A DNA stretch of 64,000 nucleotides from an uncultured Clostridia bacterium (GTDB lineage: Bacteria > Bacillota_I > Bacilli_A > RF39 > UBA660): positions 10,217 to 74,216 of the forward strand of contig CAMBUO010000005.1 in assembly GCA_945871105.1 (NCBI GenBank), given 5' to 3'. The translations under genes were made by a program, and so were the position numbers. A model generated the notes under the pieces. The model was not told the DNA's origin. It saw nothing but the letters and a program-made list of their open reading frames with translations, and did not search any database. This document shows, one piece after another, positions 10,269 through 20,365 of this stretch. The first letter of the stretch is position 1. Each line of letters starts with the position of its first letter.

Positions 10269-11056
10269 GTAATAATTATTTACCATATGCTTATAGATGT
10301 CATCAATTTGATCAAAAAAGGCAAGATATATTTGATGAATATATGAAAGATCAAAATCCTGAAGATAAAAAAATATTTAAAGATTTAAGAGGAAGATTAC
10401 CAAAATCATATTATTCAAGAGATAACATAGGACACATGGGTTTAAAAGTAGATTATTATTCACATATTACTAGTCCTTTAAGAAGATTTTCGGATATTTT
10501 AAATATGCATTGTTTAAATACTTGTTATTTTCAAAGACCAACTGATTATCAATTAAAAAAATTAGAACAAGAAGTTATTAAAACTTGTGAATATATTAAT
10601 ATGCAAAGTAATTCAATTGATGAGTATTTAAGTAAAGTTAAAAAGAAAAATTAGATTATTATGGACATGGTGATTTATTAGTTAAAGTGTCCTATTGAAA
10701 TTTAAATACATAATATATACTATAATTTTTACTTAAAGGGATAAGGCAACACTGAGAAGTAATATGAGTATTTAAGCACTGGGAAACGTAGCATTTGCCC
10801 AATGTTATTAACTTAATAATATAGTTAGAGAATCATATGTAAATGTCAATCTTTTTGTAAACTTCAATTTTATTAATTGTAAAATTTATGTAAAATGAAA
10901 TTTTTTCTTTTTATACCATTGACATACATATATATACATATAATAATCCTTAGAAAGGAGAGAAAATGGAAACTCAAAAGAAAAGTAATAATATTTTATT
11001 AATTATTTTAGTTATTTTAGTACTTGGTTTAGGAGGTTTTATTCTCTATGATAGAG
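10269..11056 (+). repeat. Copy 2 of the direct tandem duplication
   Basis: See copy 1. This copy starts immediately after the stop codon of the 9665..10261 gene. Confidence 0.9.
10279..10654 (+). pseudogene. Duplicated 3' fragment of the RNB ribonuclease gene
   Basis: The fragment encodes the last roughly 125 aa of the 7518..9353 protein. The 103-aa ORF 10343..10654 is identical to that C-terminus. It has no N-terminal catalytic part and no RBS of its own. Confidence 0.85.
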
Positions 11057-11625
11057 TGTTAAATAATAATGAAAAATGTGATAATCAAGATGTAGTTACT
11101 AATAAAGAAGTCAATTATAATGAAAAGTTCATGAAAAAATATTTTAAATATTATATGAATTATATTCCTTGGCAATATGATGATAATTCAAGATTACAGA
11201 ATGTAAGTGTTAACGATGTTACAGATAAAATTAGTATTATTGTATGGCGATATATTTGGGAAAATACAGATAATAAACAAATGACTATTTCAGAAGTAAA
11301 TAATTTTTTATATGAATATTTTAATCTAAGTAATTATGATGTTGAGGAATTAGTTAAAGAAGATGAACCAACAATAGGAAAAACATGGAATATATTTGGT
11401 TTAAACAAAGAAGGCGGTTATTATAAAGCAACTATGGTAGCAACAGAATTTTCTTTTCCAACATACGAAGTTAAATCGGTTACTTATAATGCAGAAAATG
11501 TTATTATCAATTTTAATACCAGTCCATCTTATCCAGGTGATGATAATATTCAATCAGGTACTTTAACTTTAAAAAATAATAATGGGAATTTAAATTTTGA
11601 AAAAATAGAATTCAATAATCTTTAA
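10966..11625 (+). CDS. N-terminally membrane-anchored secreted protein, paralog B
   Basis: It has the same promoter, RBS and signal anchor as 9665..10261. After about residue 30 the sequence is unrelated. Confidence 0.6.
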   Translation: METQKKSNNILLIILVILVLGLGGFILYDRVLNNNEKCDNQDVVTNKEVNYNEKFMKKYFKYYMNYIPWQYDDNSRLQNVSVNDVTDKISIIVWRYIWENTDNKQMTISEVNNFLYEYFNLSNYDVEELVKEDEPTIGKTWNIFGLNKEGGYYKATMVATEFSFPTYEVKSVTYNAENVIINFNTSPSYPGDDNIQSGTLTLKNNNGNLNFEKIEFNNL

Positions 11626-11823
11626 TAATTTATTTTATTAAAGATCCTTTTATTATATATAATTAATTATAATTAATGATGGCACTTCTTTAATTTTAGA
11701 AACTATTTATTTGAATAAATTATGTGCAATATAAAAGAAAAAATAACAACTATGTTATAATATTCAAGAAAAGAAAAAGATTTTTTATACTTAAAATTTA
11801 TATTAAAAGGAGAAAAATGATTT

Positions 11824-12279
11824 ATGAAAAATAAATTTAATTTAACAAGAGAACAAAACGTATTTGTTGCTAAAAGAAATATAGTTGATTATATATGGAA
11901 AAGTGCTAATTTAGAAGGTATTGATGTTACATATCCTGAGATACAAGCAATTTATGATGGGGGAATTGTTAATTGATTAACAGTTGATAAAATAATTGCA
12001 ATATCAACCAGAAAAAACAAAAACAGAAATAGCAATAGGAATTATGCTATGGATTATCAGAAGACAAATGTTTATTGATGGTAATAAAAGAGTTGTATGT
12101 TATTTGCTAATAAAATAATGATAGATAATGGATGTGGAATAATAACCATTTCACAAGAAAATCAACCAACATTCTTTGAAAAGTTAATAAAATTTTATGA
12201 AACAGGAAATAACAATGATTTAAAACAATGGATTTATGATACAAGTATTGATGGAATAGACTTAAACAATAATCAGTAA
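11824..12279 (+). pseudogene. Decayed Fic/DOC-like family gene
   Basis: The N-terminus MKNKFNLTREQNVFVAKRNIVDYIWKSANLEGI runs into an in-frame TGA at about 11975. The central part is missing. RRQMFIDGNKR and ANKIMIDNGCG lie in different frames. Only the last 60 aa form an ORF (12097..12279). Confidence 0.7.
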
Positions 12280-12388
12280 TTAACAAAAAACTTATCTTAT
12301 TTTAGGTAAGTTTTTTACTTTTAATTTTTGCCATATAATGATATAATTTTATTTAAGATAGGAAGGAATAATTGATTGATGTGGTTTT

Positions 12389-13735
12389 ATGAAAATTAAA
12401 AAATTTAAATTATTTGATGCAATATTGGCTATGGTATGTGTTATTTTAGTAACTGAAGCTTGTGCTCCAACGGCTGCTATTGGTAATAGTCAATACTTTT
12501 GGTGGATATTGTTATTTTTGTTATTTTTTATTCCTTATGGACTTGTTTCTTGTGAATTAGGAACAACTTATAAAGATGAAAAAGGAATATTTACTTGGGT
12601 AAAAAGGGCTTTTGGTAATAAATGGGCAAGTCGTGTTTCCTTTTATTATTGGGTTAATTTTCCAATCTGGATAGCTTCTGTTACTGTTTTAGTAATTAGT
12701 ATTTTAGAAAAAATATTAAATTTAACTTTTAATTTGCCAATCAAATTTATGATTGAAATAATTTTTATTGGTTTAGTATGCTTACCAGGAATGACTAGAT
12801 TATCCAGACATAAAAAAATAATTAACTTTGGAACAATTATCAAAGTTATACTAATGACAGGTTTAGGAATAATTGGTATTTATACAGCTATTACGAAAGG
12901 AAGTGCGACAACTTTTACTTTAAATAGTTTTTTACCAGAATTTAATCTACAAAGTTTATCTTTTTTATCAGTTATTATTTTTAATTTTATTGGTTTTGAA
13001 ATATTAGCTACGTTTCAAAAACAAATTAAAAAGCCACAAAAAGAGTTTCCTAAAATCGTCTTAATAAGTGGCATTTTAATAGCTTTATTTTATATGTTAA
13101 CTAGTTTTGGTTTATCTGTTGCTATTCCAAAAGAAGAATTATCTTTAGCAACTGGTTTAATTGAAAGTTATGAAATTTTATTAGGAATAAATGGGGGAAT
13201 AGTTATTAATATTATTTCTATTATGTTTATTATAACTTTATTTGTTAGTTTATTATCTTGGTGTGAAGGTGTGTTTTTAGAAGCTAAAGCAGCAAGTGAT
13301 GTAGGAGGAATGCCAAAAGTATTTGGTTATAAAACCAAAAAAGGTTATTTACTAGGAGGTAGTTTGATTACCTTTATAGCCAGTGTTTTAATTATTTTAA
13401 CTGAACCATTTATTAATTCTAATGTTTTTTGGAATTTCTTTGCTCTTAATTTAATTACTTTATTATTAACTTATTTACCAATGTTTTTAGCCTTTTTAGA
13501 ACTAAGAAATAAAGATAAATATCTTGAAAGACCTTATAAAGTACCAGGTAATAAAATAATTATTAATCTTATTGCTTATATACCAACTATTATTTTAGTA
13601 TTAGCTATTATTTTAACTATTTTACCTACTAGTTTTGATTATAATTCTTTAATGGAAAAAGTTCCTCTTATGATAGGGACAATTTTATCTATTATAATTG
13701 GAGAAATATTTATTTTAAAAGTTAAAAAAGATTAA
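12389..13735 (+). CDS. APC-family amino acid/polyamine antiporter, paralog of the aguD-like gene
   Basis: A 12-TM-like hydrophobic profile. The N-terminus F(K/R)L(F/V)DA(I/V)LA(M/T)VC...PTAAIGNSQYFWWI is shared with 14847..16244. Confidence 0.75.
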   Translation: MKIKKFKLFDAILAMVCVILVTEACAPTAAIGNSQYFWWILLFLLFFIPYGLVSCELGTTYKDEKGIFTWVKRAFGNKWASRVSFYYWVNFPIWIASVTVLVISILEKILNLTFNLPIKFMIEIIFIGLVCLPGMTRLSRHKKIINFGTIIKVILMTGLGIIGIYTAITKGSATTFTLNSFLPEFNLQSLSFLSVIIFNFIGFEILATFQKQIKKPQKEFPKIVLISGILIALFYMLTSFGLSVAIPKEELSLATGLIESYEILLGINGGIVINIISIMFIITLFVSLLSWCEGVFLEAKAASDVGGMPKVFGYKTKKGYLLGGSLITFIASVLIILTEPFINSNVFWNFFALNLITLLLTYLPMFLAFLELRNKDKYLERPYKVPGNKIIINLIAYIPTIILVLAIILTILPTSFDYNSLMEKVPLMIGTILSIIIGEIFILKVKKD

Positions 13736-13860
13736 GTCTATAAAAATAGTAATTTTTTTGTCAAGAATTAATTACTTATATAAAAAAATATAGACTTTTT
13801 TTTATTTTTATTATATATTTAATACAGAATAGAGAGTATTTCTATTTAGAAAGGAGTAAT

Positions 13861-14847
13861 ATGATAAAAAAGAATTTTGTTGATACAACTGATTTTACTA
13901 AAGAAGAATTATTAGATATTATTAATTTAGGATTAGTTATCAAGGAAAATTTGAAAATGGGATATCCTCTTAATGTTTTATATCATAAGACTTTAGGAAT
14001 GATATTTGAACAAACTTCTACTAGGACGCGTTGTTCTTTTGAAACAGCAATGACGCAACTTGGTGGACATGCCCAGTATTTAGCACCAGGGCAAATACAA
14101 TTAGGTGCTCATGAGAATTTAAAAGATACAGCTCATGTTTTATCACGTTTAACGGATATTTTAATGGCTCGTGTTAATCGCCATGAAAGTATTGAAACAT
14201 TAGCTAAAGAGGCAACAATTCCGGTTATTAATGGAATGAGTGATTATAATCATCCAACGCAAGAAATGGGTGATGTAACTACCATATTTGAACATATGCC
14301 TAAAGGAAAAAAATTTGAAGATTTAAAAATTGTTTTCGTAGGTGATTCAACTCAAGTATGTGCGTCTTTGTTGATGATTGTAACTAAACTAGGTGGTCAT
14401 TTTGTCCAATTTGGACCTAAAGGATATCAACTTGGAGAAAAGTATACCAAAGTAGCTGATAAGAATTGTCAAGAATCAGGTGGATCTTATTTAATCACTG
14501 ATAATGAAGATGAAGCTTTAAAAGATGCTGATTTTGTTTACACAGATGTTTGGTATGGTTTATATGATAAAGAATTATCTAAAGAAGAGAGAATGGCTAT
14601 TTTTTATCCTAAATACCAAGTAACTAGTGAGATGTTGAAAAAAGCTAGTCCTCATGTAAAATTTATGCACTGTTTACCAGCAACTAGAGGAGAAGAAGTA
14701 ACTGATGAAGTTATGGATGCACCTTATTCAATTATTATTGATGAAGCTGAGAATCGTTTAACCTCTATAAGAGCTTTACTTGTTTATTTTATGGGTATGA
14801 AAGATGTTACACTTGATATTTGTAAGAAAAATTTAGGGAGAAAATAA
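13861..14847 (+). CDS. ptcA: Putrescine carbamoyltransferase (ornithine carbamoyltransferase family)
   Basis: It carries the [13 protein letters not shown] and HCLPA motifs. DVWYGLYD replaces the OTCase DVWVSMG ornithine loop. It lies between an antiporter gene and aguA. Confidence 0.7.
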   Translation: MIKKNFVDTTDFTKEELLDIINLGLVIKENLKMGYPLNVLYHKTLGMIFEQTSTRTRCSFETAMTQLGGHAQYLAPGQIQLGAHENLKDTAHVLSRLTDILMARVNRHESIETLAKEATIPVINGMSDYNHPTQEMGDVTTIFEHMPKGKKFEDLKIVFVGDSTQVCASLLMIVTKLGGHFVQFGPKGYQLGEKYTKVADKNCQESGGSYLITDNEDEALKDADFVYTDVWYGLYDKELSKEERMAIFYPKYQVTSEMLKKASPHVKFMHCLPATRGEEVTDEVMDAPYSIIIDEAENRLTSIRALLVYFMGMKDVTLDICKKNLGRK

Positions 14848-16244
14848 TGGAAAGTAAAAAGAAAAAAAAGTTTAGATTAGTTGATGCTGTTTTAGCAACG
14901 GTTTGTATTACTTTAGTTGCTGAATCAGTTATGCCAACGGCTGCTATTGGTAATAGTCAGTACTTTTGGTGGATATTTTTAATAATAGCTTTTTGCTTGC
15001 CATATGGAATGATTTCGGCTGAACTTGGAACAACTTATCCAAGTGAAGGTGGAATGTATGACTGGGTAAAAAGAGCTTTTGGACCTAAGTGGGCAAGCCG
15101 TGTAGCTTGGAATTATTGGGTAAATTTCCCACTTTGGATTGCCTCTCTTGCTGTTGCAGTAACTGATGTTGTTATGGGAATATTTGATATTACTTTAAGT
15201 ATTCCAATGTTATTAATACTTCAACTTGGTTATACTTGGTTAGTTTCTTTACTAGGAACGCAAAGAATTGGGGAAAGTAAATGGATAGTTAATATTGGAA
15301 CTTTCTTTAAAATTTTATTCATGGTTGGTCTTGGTGCTTTAGGAATTTATGTTTATTTTAAAACAGGAGAAAGTGCTAATCCTATTAATAGTGCACTTGA
15401 TTTATTACCAACATTTGATTTAGCTGGACTTTCATTCTTATCAGTTATTATCTTTAATTTTTTAGGATTTGAAGTAGTTGCAACTTTTGTTGATGATATG
15501 GATGATCCTAAAAAAGAAATACCTAAAGCTTTAATTGTTGGTGGAGCTTTAATGGCTTTATTCTATATTTTACCAGCAACAGGAATTAATATTGCTATGA
15601 CACTTGAACAAGCTGAAGCAAGTGGAATAACAGAAAGTTTCTTAATTTTATTAACTAAATTAGGATTTGCTCCTGAAGCTATTCGTATTGTAGTAATTGC
15701 AGTTGGTTTAATGTTTATTTATACGATGGTTGCTAATATTGTTTCATGGTCATTTGGTGTAAACTCAGTTGCTAAATATTCAGCTGATGATGGTGGATTA
15801 CCTAAAGTATTTAAAAAGACTAATAAACAAGGTGTACCATATATGGCTTCTATCATGAATGGCGTAGTTGCCTCAGTTATTGTTATCATTGGTATTATTT
15901 TAGGTGAAGTAAGTGAAAGTGCAAGTAACTTATTCTGGACTTTCTTCTCACTTAGTTTAGTTACTTTATTAATTAGTTATATACCTTTATTCTTAGCATT
16001 TAAAAAACTTCGTAAAGTTGACAAAACCGAAAGAGTATATAAAGTACCTGGAAATAATCTTGTTATTAATTTAATGACTTATATTCCATTTGTTTTATTA
16101 ATTTTAGGTGTAATTTTCACTTTATTTGGTGATTTTACTATGGATTATATAACAAGTAATTTACCACTTATAGTTGGTGTTATTGTTTCAATTATAATTC
16201 AAGAAATTTTAGTTTTATCAGTTAAAGATAAAAAAAGTAATTAG
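14847..16244 (+). CDS. aguD: Agmatine/putrescine antiporter-like APC transporter
   Basis: A polytopic APC-type protein. Its start codon overlaps the ptcA stop, and aguA follows 12 nt later. Confidence 0.7.
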   Translation: MESKKKKKFRLVDAVLATVCITLVAESVMPTAAIGNSQYFWWIFLIIAFCLPYGMISAELGTTYPSEGGMYDWVKRAFGPKWASRVAWNYWVNFPLWIASLAVAVTDVVMGIFDITLSIPMLLILQLGYTWLVSLLGTQRIGESKWIVNIGTFFKILFMVGLGALGIYVYFKTGESANPINSALDLLPTFDLAGLSFLSVIIFNFLGFEVVATFVDDMDDPKKEIPKALIVGGALMALFYILPATGINIAMTLEQAEASGITESFLILLTKLGFAPEAIRIVVIAVGLMFIYTMVANIVSWSFGVNSVAKYSADDGGLPKVFKKTNKQGVPYMASIMNGVVASVIVIIGIILGEVSESASNLFWTFFSLSLVTLLISYIPLFLAFKKLRKVDKTERVYKVPGNNLVINLMTYIPFVLLILGVIFTLFGDFTMDYITSNLPLIVGVIVSIIIQEILVLSVKDKKSN

Positions 16245-16256
16245 AAGGAGAAAAGA

Positions 16257-17357
16257 ATGAAAAGATTAGATACAATTCCAAAAGATGATGGTTTCCGTAT
16301 GCCAGGTGAGTTTGAACCTCATCGTGGAAGTTATATTATTTGGCCTGAAAGACCTGATAACTGGCGTTTAGGTGCTAAACCTGCTCAAAAAGTATTTTTA
16401 GAAGTTATTAAAAAAATAAGTAAATATGAACCAATTACCGTTGTTGTTTCCAAAGAACAATATAGTAATGTTTTAAACTTAATTCCTACTAATGGTAATG
16501 TCCGTGTCGTAGAAATGAGTAATAATGATTCATGGATAAGAGATTGTGGAGCTACTTTTGTTGTTAATGATAAAGGTGCTTGTCGAGGCATTGATTGGAG
16601 TTTTAATGCTTGGGGTGGATTAGTTGATGGTTTATATTTTCCTTGGGATCAAGATGATAAAATAGCTAGTAAAATGTGTGAACTTGAAAGAGTTCCAAGA
16701 TATCGTTTAGATGATTTTATTCTTGAAGGTGGAAGTATCCATGTTGATGGAGAAGGAACTTGTATGGTAACAAGTGAATGTTTACTATCAAAAGGAAGAA
16801 ATAGTCATTTAACAAAAAAACAAATTGAAAAAGTTTTATGTGATTATTTAAATTGTAGTAAAGTTTTATGGATTCCAAGAGGTATCTATAATGATGAAAC
16901 TAATGGTCATGTTGATAATATTTGTAACTTTGTTAAACCAGGTGTAGTTGTTTTAGCTTGGACTGATAACAAGAAAGATCCTCAATATGAAATAAGTAAG
17001 GAAGCTTATGATTACTTAGCTAGTCAAACGGATGCTAAAGGTCGTAAATTAGAAATTCATAAATTATTACTTCCAAAACCAATTTTAATTACGAAAGAAG
17101 AAAGTATGGGAGTAGATGCTGTTGATGGAACCTTACCTCGTCAAAAAGGTGATCGTTTAGCTGCAAGTTATGTTAATTATTATACAATTAATGGTGCAGT
17201 TTTAGTTCCAACATTCAACGATCCACATGATAAATTAGCTATAAAAACACTTCAAGAATTATATCCAGATCGTGTTATTGAACCTATATATGCTCGTGAA
17301 ATCTTACTTGGTGGTGGTAATATTCATTGTATTACTCAACAAGTACCACGTGGTTAA
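16257..17357 (+). CDS. aguA: Agmatine deiminase
   Basis: [28 protein letters not shown] and the catalytic-Cys segment [11 protein letters not shown] are all present. Confidence 0.85.
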   Translation: MKRLDTIPKDDGFRMPGEFEPHRGSYIIWPERPDNWRLGAKPAQKVFLEVIKKISKYEPITVVVSKEQYSNVLNLIPTNGNVRVVEMSNNDSWIRDCGATFVVNDKGACRGIDWSFNAWGGLVDGLYFPWDQDDKIASKMCELERVPRYRLDDFILEGGSIHVDGEGTCMVTSECLLSKGRNSHLTKKQIEKVLCDYLNCSKVLWIPRGIYNDETNGHVDNICNFVKPGVVVLAWTDNKKDPQYEISKEAYDYLASQTDAKGRKLEIHKLLLPKPILITKEESMGVDAVDGTLPRQKGDRLAASYVNYYTINGAVLVPTFNDPHDKLAIKTLQELYPDRVIEPIYAREILLGGGNIHCITQQVPRG

Positions 17358-17449
17358 AAAAGATAAAAAATTAACAGAAAATGCCTTAAAAACATTTTCT
17401 TTTTTTGTATAAATTTCTAAAAAATACCAATAATATAATTGGTGACGAT

Positions 17450-17893
17450 ATGGAGAAAAAAATATATGATAAATTAGTTTATGATCATAGACCTCAAGAA
17501 AAAAGAGGTCAGAATGCGGTTATTGCTTTTTTAATAGGTGGAATAATTGGAGTAATAGGTGAGTTATTAGTAGAATTTTATGGTTATTATTTAGATATTT
17601 CAAGAGCTGATGCTTCTATTTTTATGATTATTACTTTAATCTTTTTAGCAAGCTTATTTACCGCTTTAGGATTCTTTGATAAATGGGTTAAATTTGCTAA
17701 ATGTGGACTTATTATTCCAATTACAGGTTTTGCTCATTCGATGACAAGTGCGGCGATTGAATATAAAAAAGAAGGTCTAGTTACAGGCCTTGGGGCTAAT
17801 ATGTTTAAATTAGCTGGTACGGTTATTTTATATGGAGTAGTATCTGCTTATATCTTTGGTTTTATACGACTTATTATTATGGGAGGTGCTTAA
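17450..17893 (+). CDS. spoVAC: Stage V sporulation protein AC
   Basis: A small polytopic protein with ITGFAHS and GANMFKLAG segments. A GGTGA RBS precedes the ATG at 17450. The track ORF begins at an upstream TTG. Confidence 0.8.
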   Translation: MEKKIYDKLVYDHRPQEKRGQNAVIAFLIGGIIGVIGELLVEFYGYYLDISRADASIFMIITLIFLASLFTALGFFDKWVKFAKCGLIIPITGFAHSMTSAAIEYKKEGLVTGLGANMFKLAGTVILYGVVSAYIFGFIRLIIMGGA

Positions 17894-18888
17894 TGACAAC
17901 GAAATATAAAGATGTTTATATAGCTGATGTTTCAACTGTAGTAGGTCCATATGAAGCTAAAGGACCACTTTCAAAAAGATTTGATCGTAGTTATGAAGAT
18001 ATGTATTTTGGAACGGATAGTTTAGAGACAGCTGAAGTTAAACTAATGACCGATAGTATTGATATTCTTTTAAATAAATTAAAAAAAGATAAAAGTGATA
18101 TTGATTTATTTATAGCTGGAGATTTACAAAATCAAATAGCTACTAGTTCTTATACCGCAGGTAAAATAAAAAGACCTTTTTTAGGAATTTATTCTGCTTG
18201 TGCTACTAATACCGAAGGTTTAATTATGGCTTCTAATTTTTTAGAAAGTAAAACTTGTGATGAAGTAGTAGTCAGTGTCAGCAGTCATAATATGGTAGCC
18301 GAGAAACAATTTAGAAATCCAACGGAATATGGGGCACCAAAACCAGGAACAGCCACTTTTACAGCTACAGGTGGAGCAAGTTGTTATTTAACAACCAAAA
18401 AAAGTAAAGTAAGAATTGCTAGTTCAACTATTGGAATTGTCCAAGATTATGATCAAACTGATCCTATGGATATGGGTGCAGTTATGGCTCCAGCTGCTGC
18501 TAATACTATCAATGATCATTTAAATAATTTAGATCAAACAGTTGATGATTACGATTTAATCTTAACTGGTGATTTAGGTATCTATGGTAAAGAAATTTTG
18601 ATTGATTTCATGAAAACGGAATACGGCATCGATATTTCTAATAAATATAACGATTGTGGAACTATGTTATATGATTTAGAAGAACAAAAAGATGTTCAAG
18701 CCGGTGGATCAGGTCCAGTTTGCAGTGCTCTTGTAGTCTATTCCGATATAATAAAAAAACTTCAAAATAAAGAATTAAAACGTGTTTTATATGTAGCAAC
18801 CGGAGCATTATTTAATCCAACCATGGTTTTTCAAAAAGAAAATATTTTAAGTATAGCCCATGCTATTAGTTTGGAGAGTGTCGAATGA
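17893..18888 (+). CDS. spoVAD: Stage V sporulation protein AD
   Basis: A thiolase-fold-like 331-aa protein with GIYSACAT. It sits between spoVAC and spoVAE with overlapping stop and start codons. Confidence 0.8.
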   Translation: MTTKYKDVYIADVSTVVGPYEAKGPLSKRFDRSYEDMYFGTDSLETAEVKLMTDSIDILLNKLKKDKSDIDLFIAGDLQNQIATSSYTAGKIKRPFLGIYSACATNTEGLIMASNFLESKTCDEVVVSVSSHNMVAEKQFRNPTEYGAPKPGTATFTATGGASCYLTTKKSKVRIASSTIGIVQDYDQTDPMDMGAVMAPAAANTINDHLNNLDQTVDDYDLILTGDLGIYGKEILIDFMKTEYGIDISNKYNDCGTMLYDLEEQKDVQAGGSGPVCSALVVYSDIIKKLQNKELKRVLYVATGALFNPTMVFQKENILSIAHAISLESVE

Positions 18889-19235
18889 TATATATATATT
18901 CCTTTTTATTTGCAGGATTTGTTTGCTTAATAGGTCAATTAATCTTAGATAATACTAAGTTAACTCCTGGTCATATTACTAGTTTATTTGTAATAATTGG
19001 AGCAGCTTTAGATATTTTTAATATTTATGATTTGATAGTTGCTCATGTTGGAGCTGGAGCTTTAGTACCAATTACTTCTTTTGGACATTTATTGATTCAT
19101 GGAGGAATGGTTGGCGTAACGGAAAATGGTTTTATCGGACTTGCTATGGGAATGTTTAATTTAACAGCATCTGGTATAACCTCTGCTATTTTCTTTGCTT
19201 TTATTTTCTCTTTGTTTTTTAGACCTAAAGATTAG
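18885..19235 (+). CDS. spoVAE: Stage V sporulation protein AE(B)
   Basis: A 116-aa membrane protein containing PITSFGH. It is the third gene of the spoVA C-D-E trio. Confidence 0.75.
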   Translation: MIYIYSFLFAGFVCLIGQLILDNTKLTPGHITSLFVIIGAALDIFNIYDLIVAHVGAGALVPITSFGHLLIHGGMVGVTENGFIGLAMGMFNLTASGITSAIFFAFIFSLFFRPKD

Positions 19236-19252
19236 AACGAAAGTTCTTTTTT

Positions 19253-19468
19253 TTAATCAATAATTTCCAAATTTTCAATTAAAATATCACTATAAGTAAA
19301 AGATTTAATTCTTTCTTTATCACCAATGGTTTTAACAGTAAAAATAAAATTATAAGTATTTTCAATACTACCATCAAATTCTTCTATTTGATTTCTGGCT
19401 CCATTAAAACGAAAATGCAAGATTTTTCCCTTTTGATTTTCTAAATCATTTTTAATTTTACTAATCAT
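19253..19468 (-). CDS. veg: Veg protein
   Basis: A 71-aa protein collinear with Bacillus Veg (the IKxxL...GxxL...NGGR-like and SYSDIL-like segments). It lies downstream of yabG, as in B. subtilis. Confidence 0.7.
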   Translation of the reverse strand: MISKIKNDLENQKGKILHFRFNGARNQIEEFDGSIENTYNFIFTVKTIGDKERIKSFTYSDILIENLEIID

Positions 19469-20241
19469 CTTGGATACCCCACATACATAGTACCATTTGT
19501 AATAATTCCGCCAATTCCTCTCGCTCCATATTTGGTTTTTTCTAAAATACCTAATAAATCAATAGGTTTATTTTTATCACTTAAAGCTACACTTGAAGCA
19601 ATAATAGCTGGATCTAAGGCATGAATATTAATTCTTTTCGGACTAGAAGCAAAATTAGCTCCGGCTTTAATTAATTCTTCATAATTAGATTGACAAGCCC
19701 CAGCAATAATAATTAAATTATCATGCGATTCATATTTTCTAGCTTCTTTAACACCTTTAATAAAATTAGTTGTATTTTTATAATTATTATTATTACTTTC
19801 ATCACCAAGTCTTTTATAATAAGCATCATGTCCAGTTATAACTAAAATATCCGGATTATATTCTTCTAATAAATTTTTAATATGATTACTAATTTCATCT
19901 TCTTTGGATTTAAAACCAATAGCTTTAACATGAACTTTTTTATAAAAATCCATACATCTTTGTAAATAATCTTCATCTCCATCTATATGTAAAACTTTAC
20001 CTGGTAAATAAAAATATTCATTTCGATCTAATTTAACATCAAATCTATCTAAAAATGTTTGATCGTCGTATATATTATTATTAATTTCTACTTTTTTTAA
20101 ATCTGCTAATTCACTATCAGCAAATAAACGAATATTAACTCCTTTTAAAATAGCAATTCCCGAATCAATATCAATAATTTTAAAAATAGTATCATTATTA
20201 TAAGAATTACGAGTAACTAAGTCTCCTATATTAAATGGCAT
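19465..20241 (-). CDS. yabG: Sporulation-specific protease YabG
   Basis: The N-terminus FNIGDLVTR, the ILVITGHDAY segment and GACQS all fit YabG. The ksgA-yabG-veg order is conserved. Confidence 0.8.
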   Translation of the reverse strand: MPFNIGDLVTRNSYNNDTIFKIIDIDSGIAILKGVNIRLFADSELADLKKVEINNNIYDDQTFLDRFDVKLDRNEYFYLPGKVLHIDGDEDYLQRCMDFYKKVHVKAIGFKSKEDEISNHIKNLLEEYNPDILVITGHDAYYKRLGDESNNNNYKNTTNFIKGVKEARKYESHDNLIIIAGACQSNYEELIKAGANFASSPKRINIHALDPAIIASSVALSDKNKPIDLLGILEKTKYGARGIGGIITNGTMYVGYPR

Positions 20242-20365
20242 ATAATCATCTCCAAAAAAATATATGTCAATTGTTTAAAAAAAATTACTCTTTAGAAAAT
20301 AATTATCCCTTTTTATTCGACATTTATTAAACCATTTATTCCCAATAAAAAAAGACTTAAAAAGT

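Noticed and set aside
10343-10654. 103-aa ORF as an independent gene.
   Set aside because: It is an exact copy of the C-terminus of the RNB ribonuclease, created by the tandem duplication. It lacks the catalytic domain and an RBS of its own.
11970-11980. TGA read as Trp (Mollicutes-type code 4), suggested by the in-frame TGA in the Fic-like gene.
   Set aside because: Trp is consistently TGG in conserved proteins (EF-Tu, EF-G, IleRS). TGA terminates several well-supported genes (spoVAD, the DUF1538 protein, the DUF4234 protein). The Fic-like gene also has frameshifts and a deletion, so it is a pseudogene.
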